A stretch of DNA of 32,000 nucleotides from contig JACQYI010000009.1 of NCBI GenBank assembly GCA_016208305.1, positions 842,604-874,603 of the forward strand, read 5' to 3'. Within the stretch, counting starts at the first letter, position 1. The number at the start of each line of letters is the position of its first letter. This document shows positions 7,831-17,238 of the stretch, one piece after another. The notes beneath the pieces are model-generated. The model did not search any database. It saw only the letters and a program-made list of their open reading frames with translations, and was not told the DNA's origin. The stretch comes from Oscillatoriophycideae cyanobacterium NC_groundwater_1537_Pr4_S-0.65um_50_18 (GTDB lineage: Bacteria; Cyanobacteriota; Cyanobacteriia; Elainellales; Elainellaceae). Position numbers and translations under genes: made by a program.

Positions 7831-7918
7831 AATCTGTCTCTGGCAAAAAGCTATGTCGAATTGTGGAGCAAAAAGGCTGGCTTTTGAAGAAAGTCACATT
7901 GAAGATGATTTGCAGTGA
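7827..7918 (+). pseudogene. hicA: Degraded HicA-family toxin gene (start codon lost, frameshift, internal deletion)
   Basis: From 7827 the frame reads I-KSVSGKKLCRIVEQKGWLLKKV, the HicA N-terminal signature (SGK.L..IL...GW). The would-be start is ATA (7827-7829), overlapping the hicB stop as ATAA. After about 7890 the HicA-like reading (SHIEDDLQ*, ending 7918) continues only in another frame, and about half of a normal HicA is missing. Confidence 0.45.
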
Positions 7919-8034
7919 TAGGCGATCGAGCTTAATTCAGCATACCGAGGCTGGGCATAGTAGAAGGCTCGCAAAACAGAGAAGAGGACAATCGTTTCAA
8001 TCGTCCTCATAACATCGATCTCACAGAATTCGAG

Positions 8035-8053
8035 AAGAGCGATCGCTCTTTTT
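8035..8053. terminator. HIP1-centred palindrome AAGAGCGATCGCTCTT followed by TTT, between the convergent hicBA remnant and ldhA
   Basis: Palindrome at 8035-8050, T-run at 8051-8053 on the plus strand, directly abutting the ldhA stop (8054-8056). The short loop makes terminator function uncertain. Confidence 0.35.
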
Positions 8054-9079
8054 CTAAGCCAACGCTTTAGCAAGGGCGACTTGCTGTTCAGCTTTGACCT
8101 CATGGACGCAATGGCGATGTTGCTCAACCTCGGCAATATTCGCAAGCGTTGTCTCAGCGATATTGCTCAAAGCTTCTGTCGTCAAGAACGCCTGATGCCC
8201 CGTCACAATTACGTTAGGAAACATCAGCAAGCGCTCAAACACATCATCTTGAATAATTTCGTTAGAAAGATCTTCAAAAAAGAGATCGGCTTCCTGTTCA
8301 TACACATCCAGACCCAAAGCCCCAATTTGGCGAGACTTTAGCCCCTCAATTGCGGCTTCTGTATCTACCAAAGCCCCACGACTAGTGTTAATCAGCATGG
8401 CTCCAGGCTTCATCAGGGCGATCGCCTCTCGGTCAATTAGGTGTCGCGTTCCTGGGGTCAGGGGACAGTGCAGCGAAATGACATCAGCGCTAGATAAAAG
8501 CTCTGACAGTTCGACATACCGACCGACCGCTTCGGCAAACTTAGGATTGGGATGTAGGTCATAGCCCAGAATCTCGCAGCCAAACCCCTTCATGATTTCG
8601 GCAAAGATGAAGCCAATCTTGCCAGTGCCAATGACACCAACAGTACGATTGTGCAAATCAAACCCTGCCAGTCCATCCAACGCAAAGTTGCCTTCTCGCA
8701 CACGGTTATAGGCTTTGTGGATCTTGCGGTTAAGCGTCAGCAGCAAGGCCACGGCAAACTCAGCGACAGAATAGGGAGAATAAGCCGGAACCCGCACTAC
8801 CGTGATCCCCAACTCTGCGGCACGTTTCAGGTCTACATTATTAAAGCCAGCGCAGCGTAGAGCTATTAGCTTTGTGCCGTTTGCTGCCAAAATATCGAGG
8901 GTTTTGGCATCGGCAGTGTCGTTGACAAAGAGGCAAACGGCTGGAAAACCAGAGGTGAGAGAAGCTGTATTAGAACTGAGTAAAGGCTCTAGATACACTA
9001 GCTCATGCCCATAGGCGGCGTTAGCGGCATCTAGAAAATGGCGATCGTAAGGCTTGGTGCTAAAGACAGCAACTTTCAT
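8054..9079 (-). CDS. ldhA: D-lactate dehydrogenase / D-isomer-specific 2-hydroxyacid dehydrogenase (fermentative LdhA type)
   Basis: [17 protein letters not shown]... N-terminus. NAD-binding site GVIGTGKIG. The LdhA-like blocks [34 protein letters not shown] and VTGHQAFLT are present. Confidence 0.9.
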   Translation of the reverse strand: MKVAVFSTKPYDRHFLDAANAAYGHELVYLEPLLSSNTASLTSGFPAVCLFVNDTADAKTLDILAANGTKLIALRCAGFNNVDLKRAAELGITVVRVPAYSPYSVAEFAVALLLTLNRKIHKAYNRVREGNFALDGLAGFDLHNRTVGVIGTGKIGFIFAEIMKGFGCEILGYDLHPNPKFAEAVGRYVELSELLSSADVISLHCPLTPGTRHLIDREAIALMKPGAMLINTSRGALVDTEAAIEGLKSRQIGALGLDVYEQEADLFFEDLSNEIIQDDVFERLLMFPNVIVTGHQAFLTTEALSNIAETTLANIAEVEQHRHCVHEVKAEQQVALAKALA

Positions 9080-9119
9080 AATTCACTCCTGTGCAAGAGA
9101 TGTCTTGAGCTTATAAAAC

Positions 9120-9148
9120 TTGTAGGGTGGGCAATGCCCACCCTACAA
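9120..9148 (-). terminator. Hairpin between xfp and ldhA (14-bp arms TTGTAGGGTGGGCA / TGCCCACCCTACAA), followed on the minus strand by GTTTTAT
   Basis: Arms at 9120-9133 and 9135-9148. It lies 25 nt downstream of the xfp stop and 41 nt upstream of the ldhA start. It could be a terminator, an attenuator or a processing site. Confidence 0.55.
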
Positions 9149-9172
9149 TCCGCTAGGACACGCTGGGGCTAT

Positions 9173-11608
9173 CTAGTACGGCCACTTCCAGTTAGCCACT
9201 TCAGGCTGATCTAGCCCATGCTCGTAAGCATAGTTGCGGCAAGTAATTTGCAAGTTCTTGAACTTCTCTTTGGCATGAGCGCCCGCCACCTTGAGGTGCG
9301 GAATTCGATCGATCGCATCCATCGCCAGACTAAAGCGATCGATATTATTGTTGATGGCCAGCTCTAGCGGCGTGTTGATGTTGCCTTTCTCCTTGTAGCC
9401 CCGCACATGCATGTTGTCATGGTTAGTACGACGGTAGGCCAGTCGATGAATCAGCCAGGGGTAGCCGTGGAAGTTAAAGATGACAGGTTTATCGATCGTG
9501 AACAAACTGTCAAAGTCTTTATGCGACAACCCATGCGGATGCTCGGTATCGGGCTGAAGCTTAAACAGATCCACCACGTTGATAAAGCGAATCTTAATGT
9601 CAGGAAACTCTTCCCGCAGCAGTGCCGTTGCTGCCAGCGCCTCTTGAGTGGGGATGTCGCCTGCCGTTGCAAACACCACATCTGGTTCTACCCCTTGATC
9701 GGTACTGGCCCAATCCCAGATGCCGATTCCCTTGGTACAGTGAATGATCGCTTCATCCATGCTGAGGAACTGCATGTGCATCTGCTTGTCGCAGACAATG
9801 ACGTTGACGTAGTTTTTGCTGCGCAAGCAGTGATCAGAGATCGACAACAAAGAGTTGACATCAGGAGGCATGTAGATCCGCGTCACATCAGGACTCTTGT
9901 TCACCACAATGTCTAAAAAGCCCGGATCTTGGTGGGTAAACCCGTTGTGATCTTGCCGCCACACCGTTGAGGTAATCAACAGATTCAGCGAAGCAACATC
10001 GGCTCTCCAGGGAATATGATTGCAAATCTCTAGCCATTTGCAATGCTGGTTGATCATCGAGTCGATCACATGCACAAACGACTCATAGGTCGAGAAGAAC
10101 CCATGCCGACCCGTCAGCAAGTAGCCTTCTAACCAGCCTTCCAGCGTATGCTCACTCAGCATCTCCATGACGCGACCATCTACCGACAGTTCGCCACCAT
10201 CTTCGTCCTCAGGCAGATATTCTGCAATCCAGAACTTCTTGCTGACTTCGTAAATGGCGCTGAGCTTATTGGAAGTGTTTTCGTCAGGGCCAAACACCCG
10301 GAAGTTAGTCATGTTGTTACGCATGACATCCCGTAGAAACACGCCTAGCGGCTTAGTGTTCTCGGCATCCATCGTGCCCGGTTTATCTACCGCAATACCG
10401 TAATTTCGGAAGTCTGGCATCAACAGATCTTTCCGCAGCAAACCGCCATTGGCGTGAGGGTTAGCACTCATGCGGCGAGTGCCCGTCGGCAAGATGTCTT
10501 TAATTTCGGGCAGCAGCTTACCCGTGTCATCAAATAGCTCTTCTGGCTTGTAGCTACGCAGCCAGGATTCTAGCAAATGAAAGTGCCCTTCGTTTTTGGC
10601 AATGTCGGCCATAGGCACCTGATGCGATCGCCAAAACCCTTCCACCTTATGTCCATCAATATCAGATGGGCCTGTCCAACCTTTAGGAGTCCGGAAGACA
10701 ATCATCGGCCAACGGGGACGAGTGGCAATGCCTGTGCTGCGCGCCTCATGCTGGATCTGTTTGATCTCAGCCACGCAGTGATCCAAGGTCGCTGCCAGCG
10801 CTTGGTGCATCGTTTCTGGATCAGAGCCTTCTACAAAATAGGGCTTGTAGCCATAGCCAATAAACAGCGCCTCTAGCTCTTCATGGCTGATGCGAGACAG
10901 CAGCGAGGGATTGTTGATCTTGTAACCGTTCAGATGCAGGATAGGCAGCACTGCGCCATCCCGAATCGGGTTAATAAACTTATTGGAGTGCCAAGAGGTC
11001 GCCAAAGGCCCTGTCTCAGATTCACCGTCGCCCGGCATCGCCACCACAATTAGGTCAGGATTATCGTAGGCAGCGCCATAGGCATGAGAAATGCTGTAGC
11101 CTAGCTCACCGCCTTCGTGAATAGAGCCAGGGGTTTCGGGGGTACAGTGGCTACCAATACCGCCAGGGAAGGAGAACTGCTTGAAGAATTTCTTCATGCC
11201 CTCCGCATCTTCGCTCTTGTCGGGATAGATCTCAGAGTAGGAGCCTTCCAGATAGCAAGGAGCCAAAACGCCGGGTGCGCCATGACCTGGCCCAGCCATA
11301 AAGATCATGTTGAGATCTTGCTTTTTAATGACTCGATTCAGATGTGTCCAGACAAAGCTCATGCCAGGGCTAGAACCCCAGTGACCCAGCAGGCGATGTT
11401 TAACATGCTCCAACTTCAGAGGTTCGGTTAGCAATGGGTTATCCCGCAGGTAAATCATGCCGACCGCCAAATAGTTGCAGGCGCGCCAGAAAGCATGCAT
11501 CTTGCGGAGTTCTTCAGCACTCAGAGGAGAACCTTCAACCGTTGATCTGGCAGTACCAAACGCACTAATAGATGGGGTAATAGTTAGTTTTCCGGGAGTT
11601 GCAACCAT
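9173..11608 (-). CDS. xfp: Phosphoketolase (xylulose-5-phosphate / fructose-6-phosphate phosphoketolase)
   Basis: 811 aa. Contains the phosphoketolase blocks [54 protein letters not shown] and [15 protein letters not shown]. Confidence 0.95.
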   Translation of the reverse strand: MVATPGKLTITPSISAFGTARSTVEGSPLSAEELRKMHAFWRACNYLAVGMIYLRDNPLLTEPLKLEHVKHRLLGHWGSSPGMSFVWTHLNRVIKKQDLNMIFMAGPGHGAPGVLAPCYLEGSYSEIYPDKSEDAEGMKKFFKQFSFPGGIGSHCTPETPGSIHEGGELGYSISHAYGAAYDNPDLIVVAMPGDGESETGPLATSWHSNKFINPIRDGAVLPILHLNGYKINNPSLLSRISHEELEALFIGYGYKPYFVEGSDPETMHQALAATLDHCVAEIKQIQHEARSTGIATRPRWPMIVFRTPKGWTGPSDIDGHKVEGFWRSHQVPMADIAKNEGHFHLLESWLRSYKPEELFDDTGKLLPEIKDILPTGTRRMSANPHANGGLLRKDLLMPDFRNYGIAVDKPGTMDAENTKPLGVFLRDVMRNNMTNFRVFGPDENTSNKLSAIYEVSKKFWIAEYLPEDEDGGELSVDGRVMEMLSEHTLEGWLEGYLLTGRHGFFSTYESFVHVIDSMINQHCKWLEICNHIPWRADVASLNLLITSTVWRQDHNGFTHQDPGFLDIVVNKSPDVTRIYMPPDVNSLLSISDHCLRSKNYVNVIVCDKQMHMQFLSMDEAIIHCTKGIGIWDWASTDQGVEPDVVFATAGDIPTQEALAATALLREEFPDIKIRFINVVDLFKLQPDTEHPHGLSHKDFDSLFTIDKPVIFNFHGYPWLIHRLAYRRTNHDNMHVRGYKEKGNINTPLELAINNNIDRFSLAMDAIDRIPHLKVAGAHAKEKFKNLQITCRNYAYEHGLDQPEVANWKWPY

Positions 11609-11741
11609 AATTTCCTAACGCCTACGCGGGTTTTCTGATTCACTCGTCGCTTCACATATCGCTTCGCCTCACAGGGAGAAAGCCTTCTTTGCCCAGAGCA
11701 GGGATCGATAGTGAAGTCCCTACCCTAACCTGAATTGTTAA

Positions 11742-11765
11742 ATCTATTGCCGATCGGCAATAGAT
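11742..11765. promoter_or_regulatory. 24-bp perfect palindrome ATCTATTGCCGATCGGCAATAGAT upstream of xfp (candidate operator or leader hairpin)
   Basis: Read directly; exact dyad symmetry. Its near edge is 134 bp upstream of the xfp ATG (11608). Confidence 0.35.
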
Positions 11766-11980
11766 CAACATTGCTGGAATCTTGGGCACTACAAGAATAC
11801 GGGAGAAAATTTTGTCAAGGTGTAGTAAGCAAGACAGCCAGAAAGTAACATTGAGCCAAATTCAGGTAATGTTCGGAAAAAACAGGCAAAAAGCTGAAAA
11901 AAAGACGTAATTTAGCCCTAATGTGATCGCCTTCTCTCAATACGCAGAAATTTGTCTTTTTTTATACTCAGATTAACTCA

Positions 11981-12014
11981 GTATAGATAGGCTAGAAGTA
12001 TAGATAGGCCAGGA
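11981..12014. repeat. 17-bp tandem repeat x2 (GTATAGATAGGCTAGAA / GTATAGATAGGCCAGGA)
   Basis: Read directly; 15 of 17 positions identical; intergenic. Confidence 0.8.
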
Positions 12015-12170
12015 TAGGGTAAATCCCTTCAGCTCAGTTTCAGCATCCATCTTCTCTATGACAAGCCTGTCGCCAATTCGTAACGAAAATTCTCTCAAAT
12101 TCACTTCATTTCCCGTGGCTAATGAGCAGCGGCAACAGCAACAGTCGCATCAATGCATCATGCACTCCTT

Positions 12171-12210
12171 CAGATTGAGGGAAGCAGAGCCAGATTGAGA
12201 GAAGCAGAGC
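12171..12210. repeat. 20-bp tandem repeat x2 (CAGATTGAGGGAAGCAGAGC / CAGATTGAGAGAAGCAGAGC)
   Basis: Read directly; 19 of 20 positions identical; intergenic. Confidence 0.85.
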
Positions 12211-12293
12211 GTTTCACGAGCCAGCCGCTAATTTTTCGCTTAATCTTTTAATTCTGCAATTGCAACCAACCATAAGATGCTGCCGAACCCTAC

Positions 12294-12695
12294 TTAATCA
12301 GGGTTTGACAATGGGTAGGATGGGCGCGTATACCACCAAGCCCAGGCAATAAGAACAGCTTGAAAGGGTAGCCTGCCCCAAAGCAGCCAGGGTGAATCGG
12401 GTATGCCATCTAGGTGAATGCGATTGACCGCCATGTTAATGTTGGCAGGAAAAACGGCAATAAATAAAGCAATCAATCCCCAGGCGGCCGCTTGATTCAC
12501 CCACGGAATTAGCAGTCCTACGCCACCTAAAATTTCAAATACGCCGCTGATATAAACTAGCGCCAGTGGAGCAGGCAAAAAAGACGGCACAATTTTTACA
12601 AATGGCTCAGGCGTGACCCAATGCAGAACCCCTGCCGTCACAATAAAAATGGCTAACACAACCCTGAGAGTAGCTTTAAGCATGTTCACGAGCAA
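12294..12695 (-). CDS. DoxX-like integral membrane protein
   Basis: Four hydrophobic segments. HWVTPEPFVKIVPSFLPAPLALVYISGVFEILGGVGLL ... FIAVFPANINMAV resembles the DoxX-like membrane protein family. The start could be Met1 or Met5. Confidence 0.7.
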   Translation of the reverse strand: MLVNMLKATLRVVLAIFIVTAGVLHWVTPEPFVKIVPSFLPAPLALVYISGVFEILGGVGLLIPWVNQAAAWGLIALFIAVFPANINMAVNRIHLDGIPDSPWLLWGRLPFQAVLIAWAWWYTRPSYPLSNPD

Positions 12696-12897
12696 TCCGA
12701 GTATTTTTCAGGCTCATATTATATGGATTTGCATTACTGCGGCATCTGACTCCAGCAGGACTTATGATTTTTGCCTGTTGAAAGATGAAGATACGCATCG
12801 TAGTGGTACAAGACATCCAGTAAAGGAACTTTTCACGGAGTCCTAGATTCATCTAGATCTGTGATCAGATCAGCGTAATTCTACCGTTCAGGCAAAC

Positions 12898-13203
12898 ATG
12901 TCCTTACCCAACACCCCGTTTTATTCACAGCCATCAGGAACTCATTCTGCCAATCCCGAACTTACGGACGATAACATTCTGGTTGCTGTTGCAAGTCAAT
13001 TTAGCAAACTCTTGCAGGCGCACAAACTCTCGATGGCTCAAACCGATATCGCCCCTGAGGATGTGGCACGGGTTGATACCGTTAAACAAGCTGCGATCGC
13101 CAAAATCATCCTGTTGCTGACGGCATACTACAGAACCCAAGGCTGGAACCCGCAAGACATCAAGACTTCAGTTTTAAACATGCTGGATCAGCCGCAAAGC
13201 TGA
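12898..13203 (+). CDS. Hypothetical protein (101 aa)
   Basis: ATG-initiated ORF with no recognised motif, divergent from the DoxX-like gene. The overlapping antisense ORF 12934..13155 is judged a shadow. Confidence 0.45.
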   Translation: MSLPNTPFYSQPSGTHSANPELTDDNILVAVASQFSKLLQAHKLSMAQTDIAPEDVARVDTVKQAAIAKIILLLTAYYRTQGWNPQDIKTSVLNMLDQPQS

Positions 13204-13367
13204 CTTAGGCTCCCTGCTCACGGTTGCTCAGCGATCGCCCCATATCTGGCTGCAAATCACGATTGGGTTGAGAACTCTATAGTTTTGGTGGGTTTTGGTG
13301 CGGAATGAGTGCGCCGCACCAAAGCTATGAATTAGTGAGAAATGAGCGCGCCATAGACGTAGCAGAT

Positions 13368-15119
13368 CTAAATACTCACAAAATCAGCCGATGTAATTTG
13401 ACCCACAGAAATAGACTGCAACAGCGCTAGCTGATCGCTACCTGCTCGAATCAACGTATTTCGCCCGGAAGCTGTGATAGTTAGATCGCTAAAGCGTAAC
13501 CCACCTGCCAACGCCAGCCGATCGCTGCCGTTTTGAAAATCTACGATCGTATCGCGTCCTTCTCGTCGCCGCAGGACAAAGCGATCGCTGCCGCCGCCGC
13601 CGCTCAGAATATCGCTGCCGCTACCCCCATCAAGCCGATCGCGACCAAGACCCCCCGCTAGCGAATCTCTGTCGTTGCCGCCAAAAAGCTGGTCGCTGCC
13701 ACCGCCACCCACCAGAGTATCTCTGCCGCTGCTGCCTGTGAGCGTGTCATTGCCGCTGCCACCTTCTAAGCGATCGTTGCCGCGATCGCCATTGAGTCGG
13801 TCATTGCCCGCATCTCCAAAGAGGCTATCGTCACCCTCGCCGCCAGAAAGCGTATCGTTCCCCGCGCCTCCTGCGAAGCGATCGCTTACGGCGGTACCTA
13901 CTAGCCGATCGGCTCCTGAGGTACCGAAATTTTCTAGCTCGGAGCTGAGCAAACGTTGGGCAAAAATGCCGTTGCCGCTGCCATCTTTAGCGGCATCGAC
14001 CCAGGCAATCACTGGATTACCGCTGGCATCTAGCGCAATTGCAGGTCTACTATCCCCTGCTGTCGTAGGATTACTCAGCTGGAAATCATTGCCTTTTGGC
14101 GTGCCATCTGCCCGAAACGCTCTGGCGTAGATTGCTCCACCAAAGACATTCCAGCTGATGACAAAATCTCCATTGGGTGCCACAGCAAGGTCGGGCTGCT
14201 GTTCAAAATTGCGACCGACCTGCTGAATGCCTAATTCAGCCCCTAGAGGATTGCCGCTGCTGTCAAACCGCTGGGCACGAATACCTGAGTCAAAGTCTTC
14301 CCAGGTAATCACAAAGTTTCCTGCTGCATCCACGCCTACCGCAGAATAAGTTTGCGAGTTGGTGACTTTAGTATTGACAAGAAATTGTCCCCCTTGCGCT
14401 ATGCCATCACTGTTGTATCGTTGAGCAACAATATCATTGCTGCCCGATTCTGGTCTGTTTTCTGTCCAAGTGACGATCAGATTGCCAACTGTATCGATCG
14501 CCACATCGGGGTCATTAGCATCGGCAGAAAGATTGACTTTGAAGGCATCGCCTTGCGGCACGCCATTCTCGGCAAAGCGTCGCGCAAAGACGCCCAAATT
14601 AGCGCCTGTGGGCGAGAGAAACTGATCCCAAGCAATGACAAAATCGCCGCTAGCATTCATGGCGATCGTCGGTTTTTGTCCTAGCTGTTGTTCGGGCGAA
14701 CTCGAACCAATGGGAAAAATGGTTGTGTCTCGACTGGCTAAAAACTCTTCTCCTAAAGGACTACCGTTGCTGTCAAAGCGACGGGCATAAATGCCGTTTT
14801 CATTGGTTGTATTTCCGGCTGGGCTGCCAATGATAAAGGGTCGCCCAGTATCTACCCAAGCCACCACAAAATTTCCGGCAGCATCTACCGCTACCGTCGG
14901 ATCGGTTTGACTGCCGTTTGCAAAGCTATTAGCCCGAAATTCACTCAAAACATTGCCATTGCTGTCATAGCGTTTGGCATAGATATTCTTGTCGGAGCCA
15001 ACATCACCCTCCTGTCCGGCACTTTGCCAAACCACAATGAAATTTCCGGCGGCATCACGGGCGACAGCGACTCCATCCTGAGCATTGGGCGTAAAGCTAT
15101 TTACAGGAAATTCAGCCAT
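13368..15119 (-). CDS. RTX-type calcium-binding protein: seven N-terminal ~50-60-aa repeats (propeller-like) plus 11 consecutive GGxGxDxUx nonapeptides and a C-terminal tail
   Basis: Nonapeptides are GGAGNDTLS GGEGDDSLF GDAGNDRLN GDRGNDRLE GGSGNDTLT GSSGRDTLV GGGGSDQLF GGNDRDSLA GGLGRDRLD GGSGSDILS GGGGSDRFV. The N-terminal repeat is (V/I)A.DAAGNF(V/I)(V/I).W ... (I/V)(Y/F)A(R/Q)R(F/Y)D..G.P.G.EF.VN, seven copies. There is no N-terminal signal peptide. Confidence 0.9.
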   Translation of the reverse strand: MAEFPVNSFTPNAQDGVAVARDAAGNFIVVWQSAGQEGDVGSDKNIYAKRYDSNGNVLSEFRANSFANGSQTDPTVAVDAAGNFVVAWVDTGRPFIIGSPAGNTTNENGIYARRFDSNGSPLGEEFLASRDTTIFPIGSSSPEQQLGQKPTIAMNASGDFVIAWDQFLSPTGANLGVFARRFAENGVPQGDAFKVNLSADANDPDVAIDTVGNLIVTWTENRPESGSNDIVAQRYNSDGIAQGGQFLVNTKVTNSQTYSAVGVDAAGNFVITWEDFDSGIRAQRFDSSGNPLGAELGIQQVGRNFEQQPDLAVAPNGDFVISWNVFGGAIYARAFRADGTPKGNDFQLSNPTTAGDSRPAIALDASGNPVIAWVDAAKDGSGNGIFAQRLLSSELENFGTSGADRLVGTAVSDRFAGGAGNDTLSGGEGDDSLFGDAGNDRLNGDRGNDRLEGGSGNDTLTGSSGRDTLVGGGGSDQLFGGNDRDSLAGGLGRDRLDGGSGSDILSGGGGSDRFVLRRREGRDTIVDFQNGSDRLALAGGLRFSDLTITASGRNTLIRAGSDQLALLQSISVGQITSADFVSI

Positions 15120-15620
15120 GATTTATTTTCTCCCGAACAAGAATAAATGAGCGTAAAACATAATGAGCGGGTTTATTTTGGGTTTGCTAAAGATGCTTTT
15201 CAAACACCCAATGCGGGCGATTGCCGAGCTAAATAAAAATGCAAGCTTATTGAATCTACTGATGCAGAACCATACGTAAGGTTGGTTAGAAACTCAGGAT
15301 TGAATTCAGTCTGTCCTTGCAAAGAAATATTGCTTGAATGCCGATCGCCCAAACTGCTCTGTTTGTGTGTAGGGTGCAGTCAAATAATTTATGCAGGTTC
15401 AGTAGGTCGCAAAATTTTTGATTCCAGCTTTTAGGGTTTCGTAGCACTTTCTGTGCAGCCACCCAACCTTAAAATTTCGGCGTTTCTTATCGATGAAATT
15501 TATTCATAGCTATAGACAGCAGGGTCAGAAGCGTTTTGGGTGGCGTGCAGAGCGCGCCTCTCACGTCATAGCCAGATTAAGCAAAGCAAAAATTTCAATC
15601 AGGCAATGGGTTGCCGTAGC

Positions 15621-17234
15621 TCACAGAGCTGCTTGGCGATAGGTCTTCCAGGCCGCCAAAGCCGCCGGATTGTCAGCCTGCTTCCATTGCAAAAGCACCA
15701 CTCCATCTGCAAAGCCCACGACCCCATAGCGACGGGTTTGGAACTGATCGACAGCAGCGATCGCCTCCTTCAAACTTTTCCGATAGTCTTCAAAAGCAGG
15801 CTGGTACTGCTGAAGATACCAGAGATCGGCGATCGCATATTCTACCCGCTGAGTTTTTTGGCGATCGTTTTGCAATCGCTGCATCGGAAACCGTAGCACC
15901 TCCCGCCGATTGGAAACATGCGCCACGATATGGTCAGTAGCGGTAACGCTGGCCTCAGCTGGAATTTGAGTCAGGAGCGATCGAATGGCCTGACTATGCT
16001 GCCACTGGCGCGGAGGCGACACATACACCCAAGGCTGAAACGAGTCAGGAATGGCAAAAGACAGAACGCGATTGGGGTTTGAAGTCAGGGTGAAAAACAG
16101 CGACAGAATGATGCAGCCGATCCAAATCCGACGCCAGCGATGCTGAAACAATTGAGGATGTGCTTGCCACCAGAGAATTGCCCCATAAAACAATCCTGGG
16201 ACTAGCGTCATGGCGTAGCGCAAGTGGAGCGACAGCGCCGTAATATCTTCCCGCTGAATCAAGACTTTGAGCATGGGGAAACCCGCCAAGAGCCAAGCGC
16301 TGGGTGAAATCACCGGAATAAATGCCAACGGCACCCACTGACCCAGCAGATAGCGCAAGGTGCGATCGAACGGTACCACCACCTCTACGATCAGCCGCCC
16401 TGGATTGCTGAGAATACCTCTAATGACATCTAGCGTGCTGGCCTGATTGCTGTCTACAAACTGCCCAAACTGCTCAATCATGAAGCGCTTTGAGACATCT
16501 TGGGAAAACAGCGGCATGACCCAATTGGTCACTGCTAGCATATAGCCCAAACTCAAGACACAAAAACCTATACCGATACGAGGGGCGCGACGGCTGACCG
16601 CCAGAAAAAAGCCCATACCAAACAGCACAACACCGCTGTCTTCCCGAACCAGCAGGGTCAGAACGGTCAGCAGACCTAACCATCCCCAGTTGCGTTTCTC
16701 TAACGCCAGCAGCAGCCCAAAGATGTAGAGCGGCATCTGACAAATATCGTGAAAGTTAGCCAGGGTGGGACTGATGACGGCGATCGCCCCATAGTAGCTG
16801 AGGGCAATCATAGCCGACAGATCGGCTCGGAGAAACTGGCGCGCCAACGCATACAGCACCAGCCCTGCTACCGTTACTAGCGTGACTTGCAGTATAGAAA
16901 GGCCGGCTGGCGAAGGAAATAGCGCATACCAGGGTAGCCAAAGCAGCAGCGCTGGCGTAAAGTGCTGCCCTAAACGACGATAGGCAACGTCAGGCAGTTC
17001 GCCCTGCATGACGCTACTCGATTCGGTAGATGAGAGCGAGCTTTCAAACCAACGACCTTGCAGATTGTTCCAAAAAACCTGATTAAAGATGCCTTGGTCA
17101 AACGATACGTAGGTCGGGTAGAAGTTGAAATAGCGCTGAAGCACTAGCACCCCACAAATCACCCAAAACACGATCGCTGCCCCCAGCACAAGCCGCAGTT
17201 GCGGATTAGCTTGCAGTTGCTTCTGCCCCATCAT
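15621..17234 (-). CDS. DUF2079-like polytopic membrane protein (GT-C-like predicted membrane glycosyltransferase family)
   Basis: 537 aa with many TM segments. The N-terminal block FDQGIFNQVFWNNLQGRWFESSL ... LGQHFTPALLLWLPWYALFP matches my recollection of DUF2079. Confidence 0.75.
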   Translation of the reverse strand: MMGQKQLQANPQLRLVLGAAIVFWVICGVLVLQRYFNFYPTYVSFDQGIFNQVFWNNLQGRWFESSLSSTESSSVMQGELPDVAYRRLGQHFTPALLLWLPWYALFPSPAGLSILQVTLVTVAGLVLYALARQFLRADLSAMIALSYYGAIAVISPTLANFHDICQMPLYIFGLLLALEKRNWGWLGLLTVLTLLVREDSGVVLFGMGFFLAVSRRAPRIGIGFCVLSLGYMLAVTNWVMPLFSQDVSKRFMIEQFGQFVDSNQASTLDVIRGILSNPGRLIVEVVVPFDRTLRYLLGQWVPLAFIPVISPSAWLLAGFPMLKVLIQREDITALSLHLRYAMTLVPGLFYGAILWWQAHPQLFQHRWRRIWIGCIILSLFFTLTSNPNRVLSFAIPDSFQPWVYVSPPRQWQHSQAIRSLLTQIPAEASVTATDHIVAHVSNRREVLRFPMQRLQNDRQKTQRVEYAIADLWYLQQYQPAFEDYRKSLKEAIAAVDQFQTRRYGVVGFADGVVLLQWKQADNPAALAAWKTYRQAAL

Positions 17235-17238
17235 GGCG

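Noticed and set aside
7413-8145. Minus-strand ORFs 7413..7646 and 7894..8145.
   Set aside because: The first is antisense to the TPR remnant and the hicB start. The second is antisense to the hicA remnant and overlaps the ldhA 3' end out of frame. The plus-strand readings carry the recognisable protein signatures.
9407-11431. Plus-strand ORFs inside the phosphoketolase gene (9407..9916, 10148..10336, 10577..10876, 11117..11431) and the same-strand out-of-frame ORF 9451..9681.
   Set aside because: They are shadow ORFs overlapping a confidently identified 811-aa gene, antisense or out of frame. Their translations are low-complexity or Arg/His-rich with no recognisable motifs.
13675-14684. ORFs antisense to the RTX gene (13675..14130, a Pro/Ser/Leu-rich 151 aa; 14352..14684; 14437..14625; also 14907..15146).
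   Set aside because: The periodic SLP/PP composition is simply the reverse-complement reading of the GGxGxD nonapeptide codons. It is an artefact of the repeat.
15540-16941. ORFs overlapping the DUF2079-like gene: 15540..15896 (plus), and 16045..16338, 16474..16743 and 16756..16941 (minus, other frames).
   Set aside because: They are frame shadows within a long, coherent polytopic membrane protein ORF.
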